Source of the DNA: the human T2T-CHM13v2.0 reference genome, Homo sapiens
Reading direction: 5' to 3' (one strand)
Length of the DNA: 64,000 bases
Assembly (NCBI RefSeq): GCF_009914755.1
Contig: NC_060930.1
How positions within the stretch are numbered: the first letter of the stretch is position 1; each line of letters starts with the position of its first letter. Both the position numbers and the translations under genes were made by a program. The notes beneath the pieces are model-generated. The model ran no database searches, was not told the origin of the DNA, and saw only the letters and a program-made list of their open reading frames with translations. This document shows positions 14,913-28,195 of the stretch, piece by piece.

Positions 14913-15393
14913 CGTAGCAGTGTTTTAAGCTTTACCTATTGTACGGTTCCATGTGGTCTTGGACTTGTTTTGCACAGTAACTTACCTGGAGAATGCTGCA
15001 TCTCTCTCTCTTTGTCTCAGGACAATTTGTGGGACCTGCTATGTATTCACATGTGTTTTGGAATTGCAGAGGTACATCTCTGAAGGCAATGCTCAATTAG
15101 CATGAGATGTGACTCTGTGGGTAAATGTTTTTCTCTTTCATCCTTCAGGTGAACAATTTTAAGGTGCATTCCTATATAGCTCTTTAGAAGGTCCTAGCAG
15201 GACTGATTCATAGTTTTCCACAGTAGAGAAGACAACTCAGTACCACACTTGGCCATTATCACTCCTTCTTTCTCTGTTTTATTCTCTTCAATCTTCACAG
15301 TTGTTAACTGAGCTCACAACCCCAAATAAATTCTTTCTCAAGTTGAGAACTTGTTTTATGCTTTGTTTTCTGGGGACTGTGGATTTCAGGCTA
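14913..15393 (+). mobile_element. LTR16-like ERVL LTR
   Basis: 3' end 'cccaaataaa...cttgttttatgctttgttttctggggac' and internal 'aattttaaggtgcattcctatatagctctttagaaggtcctagcagga'. Confidence 0.55.
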
Positions 15394-16299
15394 GAAAAAT
15401 TCATTCTCATTATGAAAATATTATGTCCAAATAGAAAATGTATTAAAGAATACTGAAATGTGAAAGAAAAAAATAAAGTCCCCATTATCTGGTAGGCAGT
15501 GATAATAATTGTTCGTTATTACCTGGTTTCAAAAATGTAATTTGGTAATTTATTATTAATATTTTCCCAGTTTGGATTTTATAAGTAAAATTTTATTAAT
15601 GTCTAGATTTAAAAAGTATTATACATATTCTAACAATATATTTTTAGATATACAGTATTTGGGTCAAGGTCATATTATATAAAATTCTTATACCTATTAT
15701 AAAATTGTTTACTTGTATCAGATTACTACCACTTGACATTTATAAAAGAACTAATTTAAGGCTTCACTTGCCAACACTATTATATTTTATTCTTTTAACA
15801 ATTTATGGATCATAAAATAATATTTCATTGATGTAATTTGAATATCTGTACAAACTAAACTATTTTTGAATATGCTTTGTGGACATTTCAATTTTTCTTT
15901 TCCAATTTATTTTATTCAATTTGTCTTCTATTATTACAACAAAAATAGTCTTAACTGAAATAATTGGTGCATCTAATTTTATTTTTAATTTGATTTTATG
16001 CTTACTGACTTGATTTTTAAATGTCTGGTCTTATGCCAAATTAAACTAGGATCTCTCTACCCTTTTTCCCTCCATTAAAAAGATGCAAATCCCTTCCTAC
16101 AAAACTTCTGGCTATTTTTGTGCTCTCTACAGTCATACTTCATTTTCCTTTAATATTCAATTTCACAAAAGAAACAGAACCTATAGACTGGCAATAAAGG
16201 GTGAAGACTAGAGTACACTTTCAATTCTCCCCATATCCTTTCTATTTAGAGGTTTCATAACATGGAACTGTTCCCTCTAAATTTTGCAATGCATTTTTT

Positions 16300-17230
16300 G
16301 ATTCTAATCTTACCTCATTCCAATTGGCTTTTCAGATATTTCTAGTACTACTGTCATCATTCTATATTAGGATCTCCAGTCTACCACTTTTTATGAGTCC
16401 TCTCACTAGCTTTTTTCTTTCCTGTCACAATCTTCCTCCACAGCTTAAAATCCTAGATCAATTATTGTAACTTTCTTACAACACATAAACTTTATTTACC
16501 CTCTACTTTTGTTGCCTCAGTAGTCAAAAGTGTAACCCTGAATGAATGCAATTAGTGTTAGATTTTATTTTTGCCTATATCAAGGGGAGTCAAACACTAC
16601 TGGAATAAGTCACACAAAAGAAAAGTATACCCAAAGAAGTATCAATTATAACCTAAAAAACAACATCAATTACCAATATCACTTCCCCCCTTGCAATCTT
16701 AGTATGAGCCTTTGCATAATTCATATATTTTCCATCAGTCAGAACCATTTCGATTCATGTCCATCTGAGTCCTCACTGAGTTTACTCTCACATTGCCTTA
16801 TACTTTACAATAAAAATATAAGTAATTATATTTATTATCATGAGATATGTCCCCATTCTGTTCTTGCTAAAATAGAGGAAATCTTTCCTCTTCTACTGAG
16901 AATTAACCCTTTCTTTGGGCCCTTTAACCACTTCTCAAATAGGTCCTTTATAAAAACTTTTAAATTGGCTTAAACCTTTTCATTAAAAAAATAATAACCT
17001 AGAGCATCAGGGGAATGATTCCCCAACTACCCCCAATCTATTTACCCAGCCTCTTTAGCTCTCCGTCAATCTGTCTTTATTTCTATACTCTTCATTGGGA
17101 CCCCGTTTGTCTCAAATCAAATAACTTTAAGGTTATCAGTGGCTTCTACAGTGCTAAATACATGGGATATACTTAAATCTATATAGTGAAATCTCTGGTC
17201 ATATCTAGCTCTTTTAGCCACTTCCTCTGG
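16300..17230 (+). mobile_element. Highly degenerate L2 body
   Basis: Pyrimidine-rich L2-like text ('aaccctgaatgaatgcaa', 'aaggttatcagtggcttctacagtgctaaatacatgg'). Confidence 0.4.
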
Positions 17231-18019
17231 CATAAGAATCTCTAATTACTACAAATAATTTTTGCTGTGAGATTTAGCTGGAATTGACGGTACTCTTGAA
17301 ATCCCAAGCAGGACTACCAAATCGTAATACTTCATCCATGTTACTAAATAGCTAGGAAAGAACAAGCACATGATCAAGCAAAGTCAATCACAGAAACTAT
17401 CATTCCCTTGCTGCTCTGTGAGCTTGTTTCCCATATTATTCCTTTGAAAAAAGGATAAGAAACAACAGCACCAAGAGTGGTTAAAAGAATTTGCTCCTGA
17501 GCTTGACTGTTCACCAGTTTGTGTCCCTTCTTTCATAGAAGGGATTAAATATACGAATTTTATATTGTTTACAATAATACAGCTAGATCCTTACCGGGAG
17601 CAGAAGAGAGGAAGAACGTAATTTTAATTACCTGGGACAGCAGACTCTGGTGACAGTGTACATGCTCACATTGGTTTGTGTCTCTAACAGAGCTCAATTC
17701 TGGCTCTGAAAGTAGACAGGAGCCTGATCTTCATCTTCCACTGTCATTTTTTTGACATATTGTTTTCTAAACTTTGTGTCAGCCACAAGCTGATTAATTC
17801 ACATTTGTGTATTTGCTCCAAAAGTAAAGTTTATCTTTGGTTCTGGTAACATGGAATTCTTTATTCCTGTTTTCATTGAGACTCTTACACTTTTTTTATA
17901 TCTTTGTGTCTATTTGAATAAGAGCAGATCCTATGCTGTTAACTCTCTGCCATTTCAAGCTATATTTCTCTAGGGCATGTAACTCTCTGTCATTAGTATT
18001 AGTAATTGTAATTATTATT

Positions 18020-18263
18020 AGTAGTATCCTTAATTTATCCCCAAATATGAGCCAAGCATGGTGCTAAGCACGTTATATGGATTCCATATTTTTATCCTCC
18101 TACGAAAACTTCAAAATTACACTTTTATCCATTTTACTAGTGAATAAACAGCTTTAGCGAGGTTACATGAATGACAATCTTCACAAAACTGATTACAAAT
18201 GAACAGGGATTTGAGTCAGGTTCTTTGCTCCAAAGTTGATATAATTTCCATTCTGTGATACTG
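18020..18263 (-). mobile_element. MIR SINE
   Basis: 'gccaagcatggtgctaagcacgtt...ccattttactagtgaataaacag...gggatttgagtcagg'. Confidence 0.7.
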
Positions 18264-19248
18264 ACTATCTTTTAAGGATTTTCATACATATGTCCTTGTG
18301 TATGTATGCCACACTGTCTTTTAGCACTTAATTTTTTTTTTGGTGAATTGACTATTATACTTTTTCATAAATATCAGCATGCATAGAAAACAAATTAAAA
18401 AATTTAAATTCATAATGTAAATGAGTAATAATTTAACTATTTTTTCCTAACAATTTTTAAATTATAATTTATTTAAATTTTATTTATCTTAATTTTTTCA
18501 TTATATTTACTTACTATTTTCAGCTACAGAAAAACAGAAAAAAGTTACCCTTTTATTTTAAGTAATTTATTGTAATAAATTCTTATAGATCAGTATTTTT
18601 CTTCTCATAGCTAACCATTTTTTAAATCATTCATATTTTTCTAGGCATTTGTTTCATTTATTTCTTGAAGCAAGATTTGCAATATAGTACATGCTACATG
18701 CCAGGAAAAACAAATAGAACCTAGGCACATTTCCAGTGGAAGAGATTCATGTTGCATTGGTTGTGATTGAATAGGATATTTAATTACAAAGTGAGAAGTG
18801 ACCTTTGGAAACAGCAGTTAAAGTTAATTTGATATGGTTAATAAGCCAAACAGAGGAGGGTGAATTGAGTATAAAGGACTCCTTTTCTAGTGATTAAACA
18901 CACAGGCATTGTTAAGAGTGACATTTATTCATTCCTAGAACTGAAGTTACTTACATGTGATAATTAGCCAAAATCTTTAAAACTAAGTGATATATTAAAT
19001 GTCCCTTTTTATTTATATAAAAGGTTTGTTTAATTAATTTTTCACATAAATAAAAATACAAAAAGAAGTAATTGCTTTGCACATGATGTACTTACGTTAG
19101 GATGGACCAGAGAGATTCTGTTTACAGAATCCAGAATTCAAATATTAGCTGTATTCCTTCCATTAATTTGATCTGGGAATAATTGGAGATTTAGTTGATA
19201 AAGTCGTTGGGATTCATAGTTTAAAATGATGCCTCTTTATTAGATTTC

Positions 19249-20559
19249 TATGGGGACCCAGAAGACACTATCCCAAATTATGGTGCTTTGACAACTATAG
19301 AAGCAACTTTGAGGTCTCTCTGACCACCCCTCTCTGTCACCTCTCCTATCTCTCAACCTTCCATCTCTCCCAAAGTTCAGGATGATGCTTTTCTCTGTTA
19401 TTCCCTTATCTGCATGAAGACTGGACCCACCAAAGAAAACTTGATTGCTGCCAATCCCCTTCCCGAAATCTCATTATCTAGCCCAGAAAAGGTAAACTGA
19501 GGAATGCAACCACACCTGGACAGAGTTTTTCACAAGATAATGTTTACCTATTGCAAATTCCAAAGAGAATCATTTATAAGCTAATTTCTATCTCCCAGTT
19601 CCATTAATTCTCCCTAATAATCAGTTTACTATCTCTTGAAAGAATTGTCTACTTTCCCCCTCTCCCCATTTCCCCTGTGAAGAAGGGTATATTAGCATCT
19701 GTACCTCACTGGGTTATTGAGTAATCATTTTTCTGTGATTGCCCAGTGCTAGGTATATTAAATAAATCGCCTATTTTTCTGTCTACTGTTGTCACCACAC
19801 CACAGGTTCATTTTGCCTGCTGCCCAGATAGAGCTGATTTTTCAAGACAGGGGAATTGCAATAGAGAAAGATTTAATACATGTAAAGACTGCTAAACAGG
19901 AGACTGGAGTTTTATTGTTACTTAAATCAACTTCCCCAAAAATCCAGAGGCTAGGATTTTGTAATGATAGTTTGGTGGGCAGGGGGCTAGGGAATGGAAA
20001 ATGCTGATTGTTTGGTTTGGAGATGAAATTATAGGAAGTCAAAGCTGTCCTTTTGCACTGAATCAGTTCCTGGGTGTGGACCATAAAACCAGATAAGCCA
20101 GTTTACCAGTCCAGGTGGTGCCAACTGATCCATCAGAATGTAGGGTCTAAGAAACACCTCAGACACCAACCTTTGGTTTACAATAGTGATGTTATTCATA
20201 GCAGCAACTGAGGATGTTAAGAATCTTGTGGCCTCTGGCTTCATGACTCCTGAGCTGTAATTTCTAATCTTTCAGCTAATTTGTTGGTTTGACAAAGGCA
20301 AACTGGTTTTCAAGCAAGGACAGAGTTTGTTTCAAAGTTGAACTATAAACTAAATTCCTGTCAAAGTTAGTTCAGCCTATGCCCAGGAATGAACTAGGGA
20401 AGCTTGGAAGTTAGAAGCAAGATGGAATTGGTTAGGTCAGATCTCTTTCACTGTCATAATTTTCTTACTGTTATACTCTTCGCAAAAGTGGTTTCACTGT
20501 CAGTTCATTTTCAGCAAATCTTCAGAGGTCTGAGAAGAAACTTTCCCTTGGTTTCTACA
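19249..20559 (+). mobile_element. MER34/MER39-family ERV1 solo LTR interrupted by LTR8A
   Basis: 'tatggggacccagaagacactatcccaaattatggtgctttgac' ... 'ctttcccttggtttctaca'; homologous to the LTR at 14244-14807. Confidence 0.8.
19790..20496 (-). mobile_element. LTR8A ERV1 solo LTR
   Basis: Minus strand begins 'tgaaaccacttttgcgaag...gacagtgaaagagatctgacctaacc'; exact 4-bp TSD CTGT at 19786-19789 and 20497-20500. Confidence 0.9.
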
Positions 20560-21489
20560 AATTCCATCCTCTTTGGTGTGTATCAAATTTGATAAGGCTG
20601 TTTGTTTACTTGCATATTTTAGACTAATGGATTTCAAAAGATTTTAGACAGGAAAATTACTGACTAAAAATAGAAGAAAATCAAGTATCTCCAGGAAAGG
20701 GATCATTCTCCCCCAGATATGTAGAAGTCAGTTACAGTAGCCCTAATAAGCTTTAGAAGATCAAAAAATAAAAAATAAAATAAAATCTGGTGACAGTAAT
20801 TTTAGGCAATCATTAAAAGAAACTGAAGATGTGGGTGGAGCTGAGAACAGTGAGTCATATCATCTTTCCTGTTTTATCATTTAGTCTTTTTGTGCATAGA
20901 ACCAGAAGGCACTTGCATTTGCTAAGAGAACGTTTTGTTGCTTTCTTGTACTATGCAAAATGCAGATACTGACTACACAATATTTTAGTAAAATAAAAGA
21001 CTGAGGCATTGTTTACAAATTCATGGTCAATGTTAATTCAGGTAAACTGCTTTTTAAAAATCAAAAACCACAGAACAAACTTTAAGTCAAAGGGAATGAA
21101 GTTAGATATCAGTTCTTGAAAATTGAGATAAAACTTGAAGTTCCTATATCGATTTGGCTATTATGTTTGTTAGATTGCATATATCAAGTTTAGTGATACA
21201 ATTCAAGATAAGTGAATTCTGGATAAAATTGAATTTGAACTGGGTAGGTACAGTTATTCCTGAACTTTGGCTGCCAGGAAGATGTTTAATGATGTTATAC
21301 CGGAAGTGCCAAGTCACTTCCCATTAGAAGATCAGCTTTACTTGGAAGTGTGATGATGAATTGCTTTTCCCAACAGAGGGATCAGACAATAGACTCATGT
21401 CTGTCAATGTCACATAAGAGATAGTATGGATTACAACACAGAACAAAGATTCCCCAGGAGTCTCCAGTTGGAGGAAAAGAGATGCTATT

Positions 21490-21509
21490 AAAAAAAAAAA
21501 AAAAAAAAA
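21490..21509. repeat. Poly(A)20 tract
   Basis: Direct reading. Confidence 0.9.
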
Positions 21510-22149
21510 GAACAACAACAAAAAAACCCAGAAAGCTCTTCACAAAGCACAAAGGAAGAGGCACTCTTATAGAATTAAGCTATTAAAAGTTTCACTTTAA
21601 CTCTTAAAATCACTATGAATATATTTGTAAAACAGCTGCTATCTATCACAGAATAAGGCATTATGGATAAAGAAACTTTGTTAAATACTGGAAGGAGAGC
21701 AGCAGCAGAGACAGTAAAGGGGAACAAGCCAAACCAACCGGAAAGATGACAATTTAGCAACGGAAAATAATGGTATTTATGGTTCATGCTATAACAAACT
21801 ACAGAGGTATACACACCTCATCATAGAGTAGTGGTTTATTGTATTTCCAGAAATCATATTTTTTCCTTAAATATTCCAAGTTTTTAATCACAAGCATTAT
21901 TGCTTGCAGACCATTAGACAAGGGGAATGAAGATTAAAAAGTACAAGGGAAACAGGTGCTACTGGTGAGAATGTGAAGAAATGGGCACTCACACTGCTAG
22001 AGATAATTTGGCAATATAAAAAAATAGGTTTTCATATCCTTTGATAGAGCATCTTTACTTCTGGAATTGATCCTAAAATATAGTGAGGCCAGGAACAAGT
22101 ATTTATATATTAGGATGTTCATTGTCATTTTTAATTATGAAAAAATTGA

Positions 22150-22610
22150 CGTGATGATTAATTTTTATGTCAACATGACTGGGCCACGGGATGCCCAGAT
22201 ATTTGGCTAAACATTATTTTGGGTGTGTCTATAAGGGTGTTTTTGGATGAGATTAACATTTGAATAGGTGGACTGAGTAAAGTCGACTGCCCTCCCCAAT
22301 GGAGTGGGCTTCATCCAATCGGTTGGAGGTCTGGATGGAACAAAAGGGCTGAGTAAGGGAAAATCTGCTCTTTGACTGTTTTCAAACTAGAACATTGGTC
22401 TTTTTCTGCCTATGGACTCAGACTTGAACTGGAACTGGAACTGACACTATTGATTCTCCTGGTTTTCAGGTTTCTGGACTCAGACTGAAGCTATATTGGC
22501 AGCTCGCCAGGGTTTCTAGAATGCTGACAACAAATTTTGAAACTTCTAGACTCCCAAATCATGTGAACCAATTCCTTATAATAAATTCCTATCTTTCTCT
22601 ATCAATCTAT
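22150..22610 (+). mobile_element. MLT2B/D ERVL LTR
   Basis: 'gtgatgattaatttttatgtcaacatgactgggccacgggatgcccagatatttggctaaacattatt' is the MLT2 5' end. Confidence 0.88.
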
Positions 22611-22860
22611 AAAGATAATTGTTCAAAAACAAGTAATGTATTTAAATGTACATTGATCATCCCATACTCATACTCTTTCAAGAAATCTGGAATCAAACAC
22701 TGCCTTTCAGACAATCCATGCAGTATAGTATTTTCTCTTCAGGATCGTACTATTAAAATGGCATATTGCATACAGTACACTGGAATTTAAATGAAGTGAG
22801 CTTTTATGACTCCCTAAAGTATTTCCAGGATTATATTTGCTTGACATATTTTATACTAAC

Positions 22861-23292
22861 TATAGTAGATTAAACTTCAACTAAAATTTGCCCCTCTGTC
22901 CTGAGAAGTACAGTCTAATTGTTCATCCCATTCAATCTGTACTGCACCTGTATCTTCTGTGACTGATAGAAGTAATAATGTGCCAATTTGGGGCCTAGTC
23001 TTTAAGCAGCTTCCATTCTGTTCTTTGGAATATGGCCGTCAGGCTGCCAGGCAGCCATATGGAGAGACCCATGAGGCAGACAATTTAAGCCTCCTCTTCA
23101 GTTTCCCTCCTAAGTTCTCAGATAAAGCCAGAACCAACTTCTTAGCCATAAAGGTGAGCCATCTTCAAATTGATCCTCCCATTTCAGTTAAGTCTCCCTA
23201 CCGTAGACCACATAGAGCAAGGATGAAGTATTCCTTCGGAGCCCTGTCTAAACTGCAAAACCAAATCCATGAAAAAATTAGTGATGCTTGTC
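22861..23292 (+). mobile_element. MLT1G/H-like LTR
   Basis: 'ccatatggagagacccatgaggcag', 'gtgagccatcttcaaattgatcctccc', 'gagccctgtctaaactgcaaa'. Confidence 0.6.
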
Positions 23293-23303
23293 TCCATATT
23301 AGC

Positions 23304-23861
23304 CTGTGGCTTCCAAACTATATATCGAGACACCATGGGGTACTATAAGAAACCCTTTAGGAGTTCCATGAGATATTTTAAGCTTTAGAGAGAAACACAA
23401 CAGTATTTGACACCTGACAGATATTGTATATTTACTAGTTTCATGCAGTTCACTGTTTCAACATTAGAATGTGCTGCAATTCCCAGTGACATCATATCTT
23501 TACCAAGCTGGGTTTTCAGCTCTTCCAGGAAGAACATCAGGTGCTGTGCAAAAATCAATATTGGAACAGAAAATGAGGGTAGCAGGGTCCAATATGATTC
23601 CCAGGTTTGCGTATTAGGCAGTGCTGGGCAGGTTTATACATTCAATTTGTAATTGATTGTAGTTATTTAAGAATAAAATAATTTCCTATTTTTATGTGTA
23701 TTATTTTTTCAATGACATTACTTTTTAAAGATATAAACACTTATTAAATTATATGCTCTTAACTTCTTAATAAACAGAACTGTGTTTTTTTCTAAGAGTA
23801 CTGTCAAGAAATACTACTGAGACACTAAGAGTTTCATAAATGGAAAATTTGGAAATCTGTG
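23304..23861 (+). mobile_element. Charlie4a (MER80) hAT DNA transposon
   Basis: 'gttcactgtttcaacattaga', 'aaaatcaatattggaacagaaaatgagggt', 'ctgagacactaag'; degenerate TIRs at both ends. Confidence 0.75.
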
Positions 23862-24109
23862 CTGTAAGTCCTCAAAAAGTACTATTTGGTCCATAAAATA
23901 AATATTTAATTTCTTATGAAGTGTCTTTGATAAAACTACTTAGTTAAAAATATTCAATAAGAACATATATAACATGCAATAGCATACTATGATCTGTATT
24001 TTATAGGATTCAAATATATATGTACCCATTTTTGAATAAGAACTGAAAGTAAATATGACAAAATATTAATAGTGTTCAATTTTAGTTAATAGATTATGTG
24101 TTATAGACA

Positions 24110-24325
24110 AACAAAAGTTTCAGACTCTGATATCAATTTTTTCCCTAGATTCTATTACTATTTGTGTGACTTTGAATATGTTAAATTTTTGTGCTTTGGT
24201 TTCTTCATCTGTAAAATAAATATAATTATAGGAACGAATTCATAGAACCCTTCTGGGAATGAATGACTTTTGTAAAATTTGGTTACGATAGGTAGAATAA
24301 AATTCAATAAATATTAGCAATGATG
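24110..24325 (+). mobile_element. MIR SINE
   Basis: 'tgtgtgactttgaa...ggtttcttcatctgtaaaataaa'. Confidence 0.6.
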
Positions 24326-24853
24326 GTAATGGTAATAACTTAATTCTATTCTTTATGCTTTATAAAATTAACTTATTTACATTGATAAATGTCATTAGAA
24401 ATGTTGTTAAAGCAGAGGCATTGATATTACTCTTGTCTGCGCTACATATAAATGTTTTTTTCCAATTTGTTCCCTTTCTCCTTCTCTTCCCTGTTCTCCA
24501 GGGTTCTGATCTTCCTCACAGATTCTGATGAAAGTATAGTGCGGCATCACATGGTGAACTCTACAGAAATTATGTATTCCATAAGCTACACTAAACTAAA
24601 AATATGTTGGTGAGGGATTTTTCATGATACTAAATGAAGAAATAAAATGAATAAAAGTCCAAGATTGAACCTGAAATTTAGCTAGGGACATTTAGCTTAA
24701 AGCATCAGTTCTCACTGTACTTCGAAAAATTTAGCAGGAGAAGTCCAAAAGTAAAGCAAGATGTGGTAATACAAATGGGTCATAGCAAGTGCTCTAGATA
24801 GTGAGGGGATGCAGTTGTCTTGTTGCCATTTGTGCCATTCACATTTATGTGCA

Positions 24854-24856
<3 letters not shown>

Positions 24857-24884
<28 letters not shown>
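24857..24884. repeat. (GT)14 microsatellite
   Basis: Direct reading. Confidence 0.95.
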
Positions 24885-25242
24885 AGCAAAGCCTCAGTTT
24901 TAATAAACTGGGCACACTTCAAATTATTATCATGTGGGATACTTCCACATGTAAATGTAAATAGACTGAGATTATACAGTTAATAAATTTGAGAAAACTT
25001 GTCTTAATAATGCCCAGAAAAAACCAAAACCCTTTTTGGCCTTATTATGTGACTTGTCTACCTAATAGTAATGGCTTTCAAAGTGTGATATGAGTGTATA
25101 CTTCAGCTTCCTCATGTTGAGCATGTCTTTTTTTTTAAGAAAAAATAATAATTTGTTAATATATTAGAAAAAATAAATTATTTGCTTCACTTGAACACTA
25201 AGTGATACAAACATTTCGTCTATAATGATATAAAACTTTTAT

Positions 25243-25750
25243 CAATCCCATTACTGTGTATATATATATTGCAAAGATACATGCATGCATATGTTTATTA
25301 CTGCACTATTCAAAATAGCAAAGACATGGAATCAACCCAAAGGCCCACCAATGATAGATTGGATAAAGAATATATGGTACATATACACCATGGATACTAT
25401 GCAGCTATAAAAAAGAATGAGCTCATGTCCTTTGTGGGGACATGGATGGAGCTGGAAGCCATTATGCTCAGCAAACTAATGCAGGAACAGAAAACCAAAT
25501 ACTGCACATTCTTACTTATAAGTGGGAGCTGAACAATGAGAACACATGAACATAGGGAGGGGAACAGCTCACACTGGGGCCTGTTGGGAGGTAGATGTGG
25601 GAGGGAAAGCATTAGGAAAAATAGCTAATGCATGCTGGGCTAATACCTAAATGATGGGTTGACAAGTGCAGCAAACCACCATAGCACATGTTTACCTATG
25701 CAACAAACCTGCACATCCTATACGTGTACCCTAGAACTTAAAATAAAAAA
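25243..25750 (+). mobile_element. 5'-truncated L1PA (about L1PA13) 3' end
   Basis: ORF2 C-terminus 'YYAAIKKNELMSFVGTWMELEAIMLSKL' and 3'UTR 'attaggaaaaatagctaatgcatgctgggc'. Confidence 0.9.
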
Positions 25751-28000
25751 TTTTAAAAATATATCATTTATTTAAGTTAAAATATGATTTGGTTTAACTG
25801 TATATAATGTTTAGATGTGGCATAAAACATAATACTAACATATGACTTAAAAAGTTTTAGGAATCATTGCGCTAACAGAATTGATTTGACAAATTAGACA
25901 TAGGAATAGGATCAGGGAACGGATGAATAACATTATGTCCTGAATATTTTGTTAGCAGAGTAAAATAGCATTGTTCTATTCCCTGTAACTTCACTTTCTA
26001 ATTTAAAAACCCAAAATACCTTTTGTTCCTTGCATTTGACATGTGATATTGTGGATGTGTCACAGTAAAGGCCAATCCTTGATTGGTGATCTTTTCCAGA
26101 TGACTGGCAAGGGCACCAGGGGGTTCCACCGCAGCTTGCATCAGTCAACTAAGAGGGCACACATTCCTGCTGCCCATCTAATGAACTTTCCACATGCTGA
26201 TAAATACATCCCCTTTCCATAAAGAATACATTTTCTAACCTGAATTTTTAACTGTCATAAGAAGGGCAGCTCTCAATACACATAAAATCTGTCATTGTAG
26301 AGTTAGACTCACATAGGGAAAATTAAAGTACTTTCCGATCAAAGAATCAATTTCAGTTATTAAGCACTTGTTTTATTATTCTCTAAAAAGCTAACCATTA
26401 TTTTTTGAAACAGGAAACTATTTTATGCATAACTGAAAGTTCTAAGTTTTATATAAGGAAAGAAAATAGTGAAGACTTAAGGAAACTAATACAAATATTT
26501 GTGAGCATGTGTGAAAATCAGAAACGTTTATCTTTCTAGCATGAATTTTACCATAATATTAGACTTTTCTAATAGTTCTAATATTCATTGCAACTTCAAA
26601 TTTTATTTCTTAATAAGTAACAGTAATGTCTGTTTAATAGGCACTCATTAAACTTTCAAGATAATTAGAAACTTTGTCTCATATGTTCTTAAAATAAAGA
26701 TAAATTTCAAAATAATTGGAAACTATATCTTATAAGTTCTATGTCTATGTTGGCTAAAATAAAGTATAACGTGTCATAATTCTTCAGGTATTTCTTAATA
26801 AAATGTTAGTTTTTACATGGTACTATTTATCCACAGGTAGAAATTGTTCTAATGTTTTACATAAATTCTTCATGTCAGTAAGAGGACTAGCAATAATAAT
26901 TTTTCAAATAATTGTTTTAGTAAAAAAAGAAAAGGCTTTATGTTAACATAAATACTCATAAATTCACTCAAAATGAGAAAATTATTGGCAGTTGGAGTAA
27001 CAACATTGATACTATCTACTTTAACATTCTTGCATAAACCCACTTAACATTTTTATGACAAAGCAGTTTTTAAGTGTCATGAAATGACACAATATCTTGA
27101 AAAATAATATATTTTTGTATCAGAACTACTAATTTAGAAATAGGAGAGATTTAGCAGCACTAATATCCCTCTGTGTGATAGAAAAATTATTTTAAATATA
27201 GAGATATTGTCATCAATTTGTATAATATTTTAAGCTCCACCCTCACCCCATCCAATGCTACTGGTTTCTTTAAAGGAATGAAATGCTTTATCTTTTTGAC
27301 AGAACAAATTGACTGGAAAATTACATAACCCCCTCAGCAGATGTTCTTTCTCACTCTGTTTGGGAATTTATACCATTGAACAGTGTTTCCAAGATCCATG
27401 TGGAGATATATTAGGAGGATTCAATTGATGCATGCAAAGTCTACCACAATGTATGCAAAGAATACTCATTATCTTTTGGTTGTATAGTCAAATACAACTT
27501 GAACTATAAATGACAATAGCATTTTCTAATTTTTTAAATTACAAAATATCTAAAAGATATAAGCTATCCAAATTAGCTCTACAAACACTATGCATTTTTC
27601 TACTCAAATTAAATTCTAACATCCAAATTGATAGGAAGGTGTTAGGCATAATGAGTAAATCTTAGAGTCAAGGATGTCAGGCAACAACAACAACAAAAAG
27701 AAAATGGAAACAATTTTGATTTTCTATCCCCTGTGTCATATCTCTAGCAGTATGGCATACTAATCTGGGCAAATCAAAGGGCATCTTCAAAATTCAATGC
27801 ACAGCATTAAGTTAAGCATCTGTATAACAAATAGAATAGCCATCCATGTCTCTGTGAACAGCATACTGCAACTTACTGTCACTTAATGCCAAATGACATC
27901 TATCTACATAATCTGCCACTCTAACATGATAAACTTATGATTGTATTTTATCCATTTATTTTTCAAGCTTTGCAAAATCATTTTTTTTTTGCCATGAAAT

Positions 28001-28195
28001 TAGGGGAGTGGGGAGGGATAGCTTTAGGAGATATACCTAATGTAAATGATGAGTTAATGGGTGCAGCACACCAACATGGCACATGTATACATATGTAACA
28101 AACCTGCACATCGTGCACATGTACCCTAGAACTTAAAGTATAATAAAAAATATATAAAAGTAAAATTTTATATATATATTTATATATATATATAA
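28001..28195 (+). mobile_element. Short L1PA3-6 3' end with (TA)n-converted tail
   Basis: 'gggagggatagctttaggagatatacctaatgtaaatgatgagttaatgggtgcagcacaccaacatggcacatg...cttaaagtataataa'. Confidence 0.9.

Noticed and set aside
16542-16973. Longest ORF in the track (143 aa)
   Set aside because: Lies in a degenerate L2-like AT-rich relic; no recognisable domain, promoter or splice context
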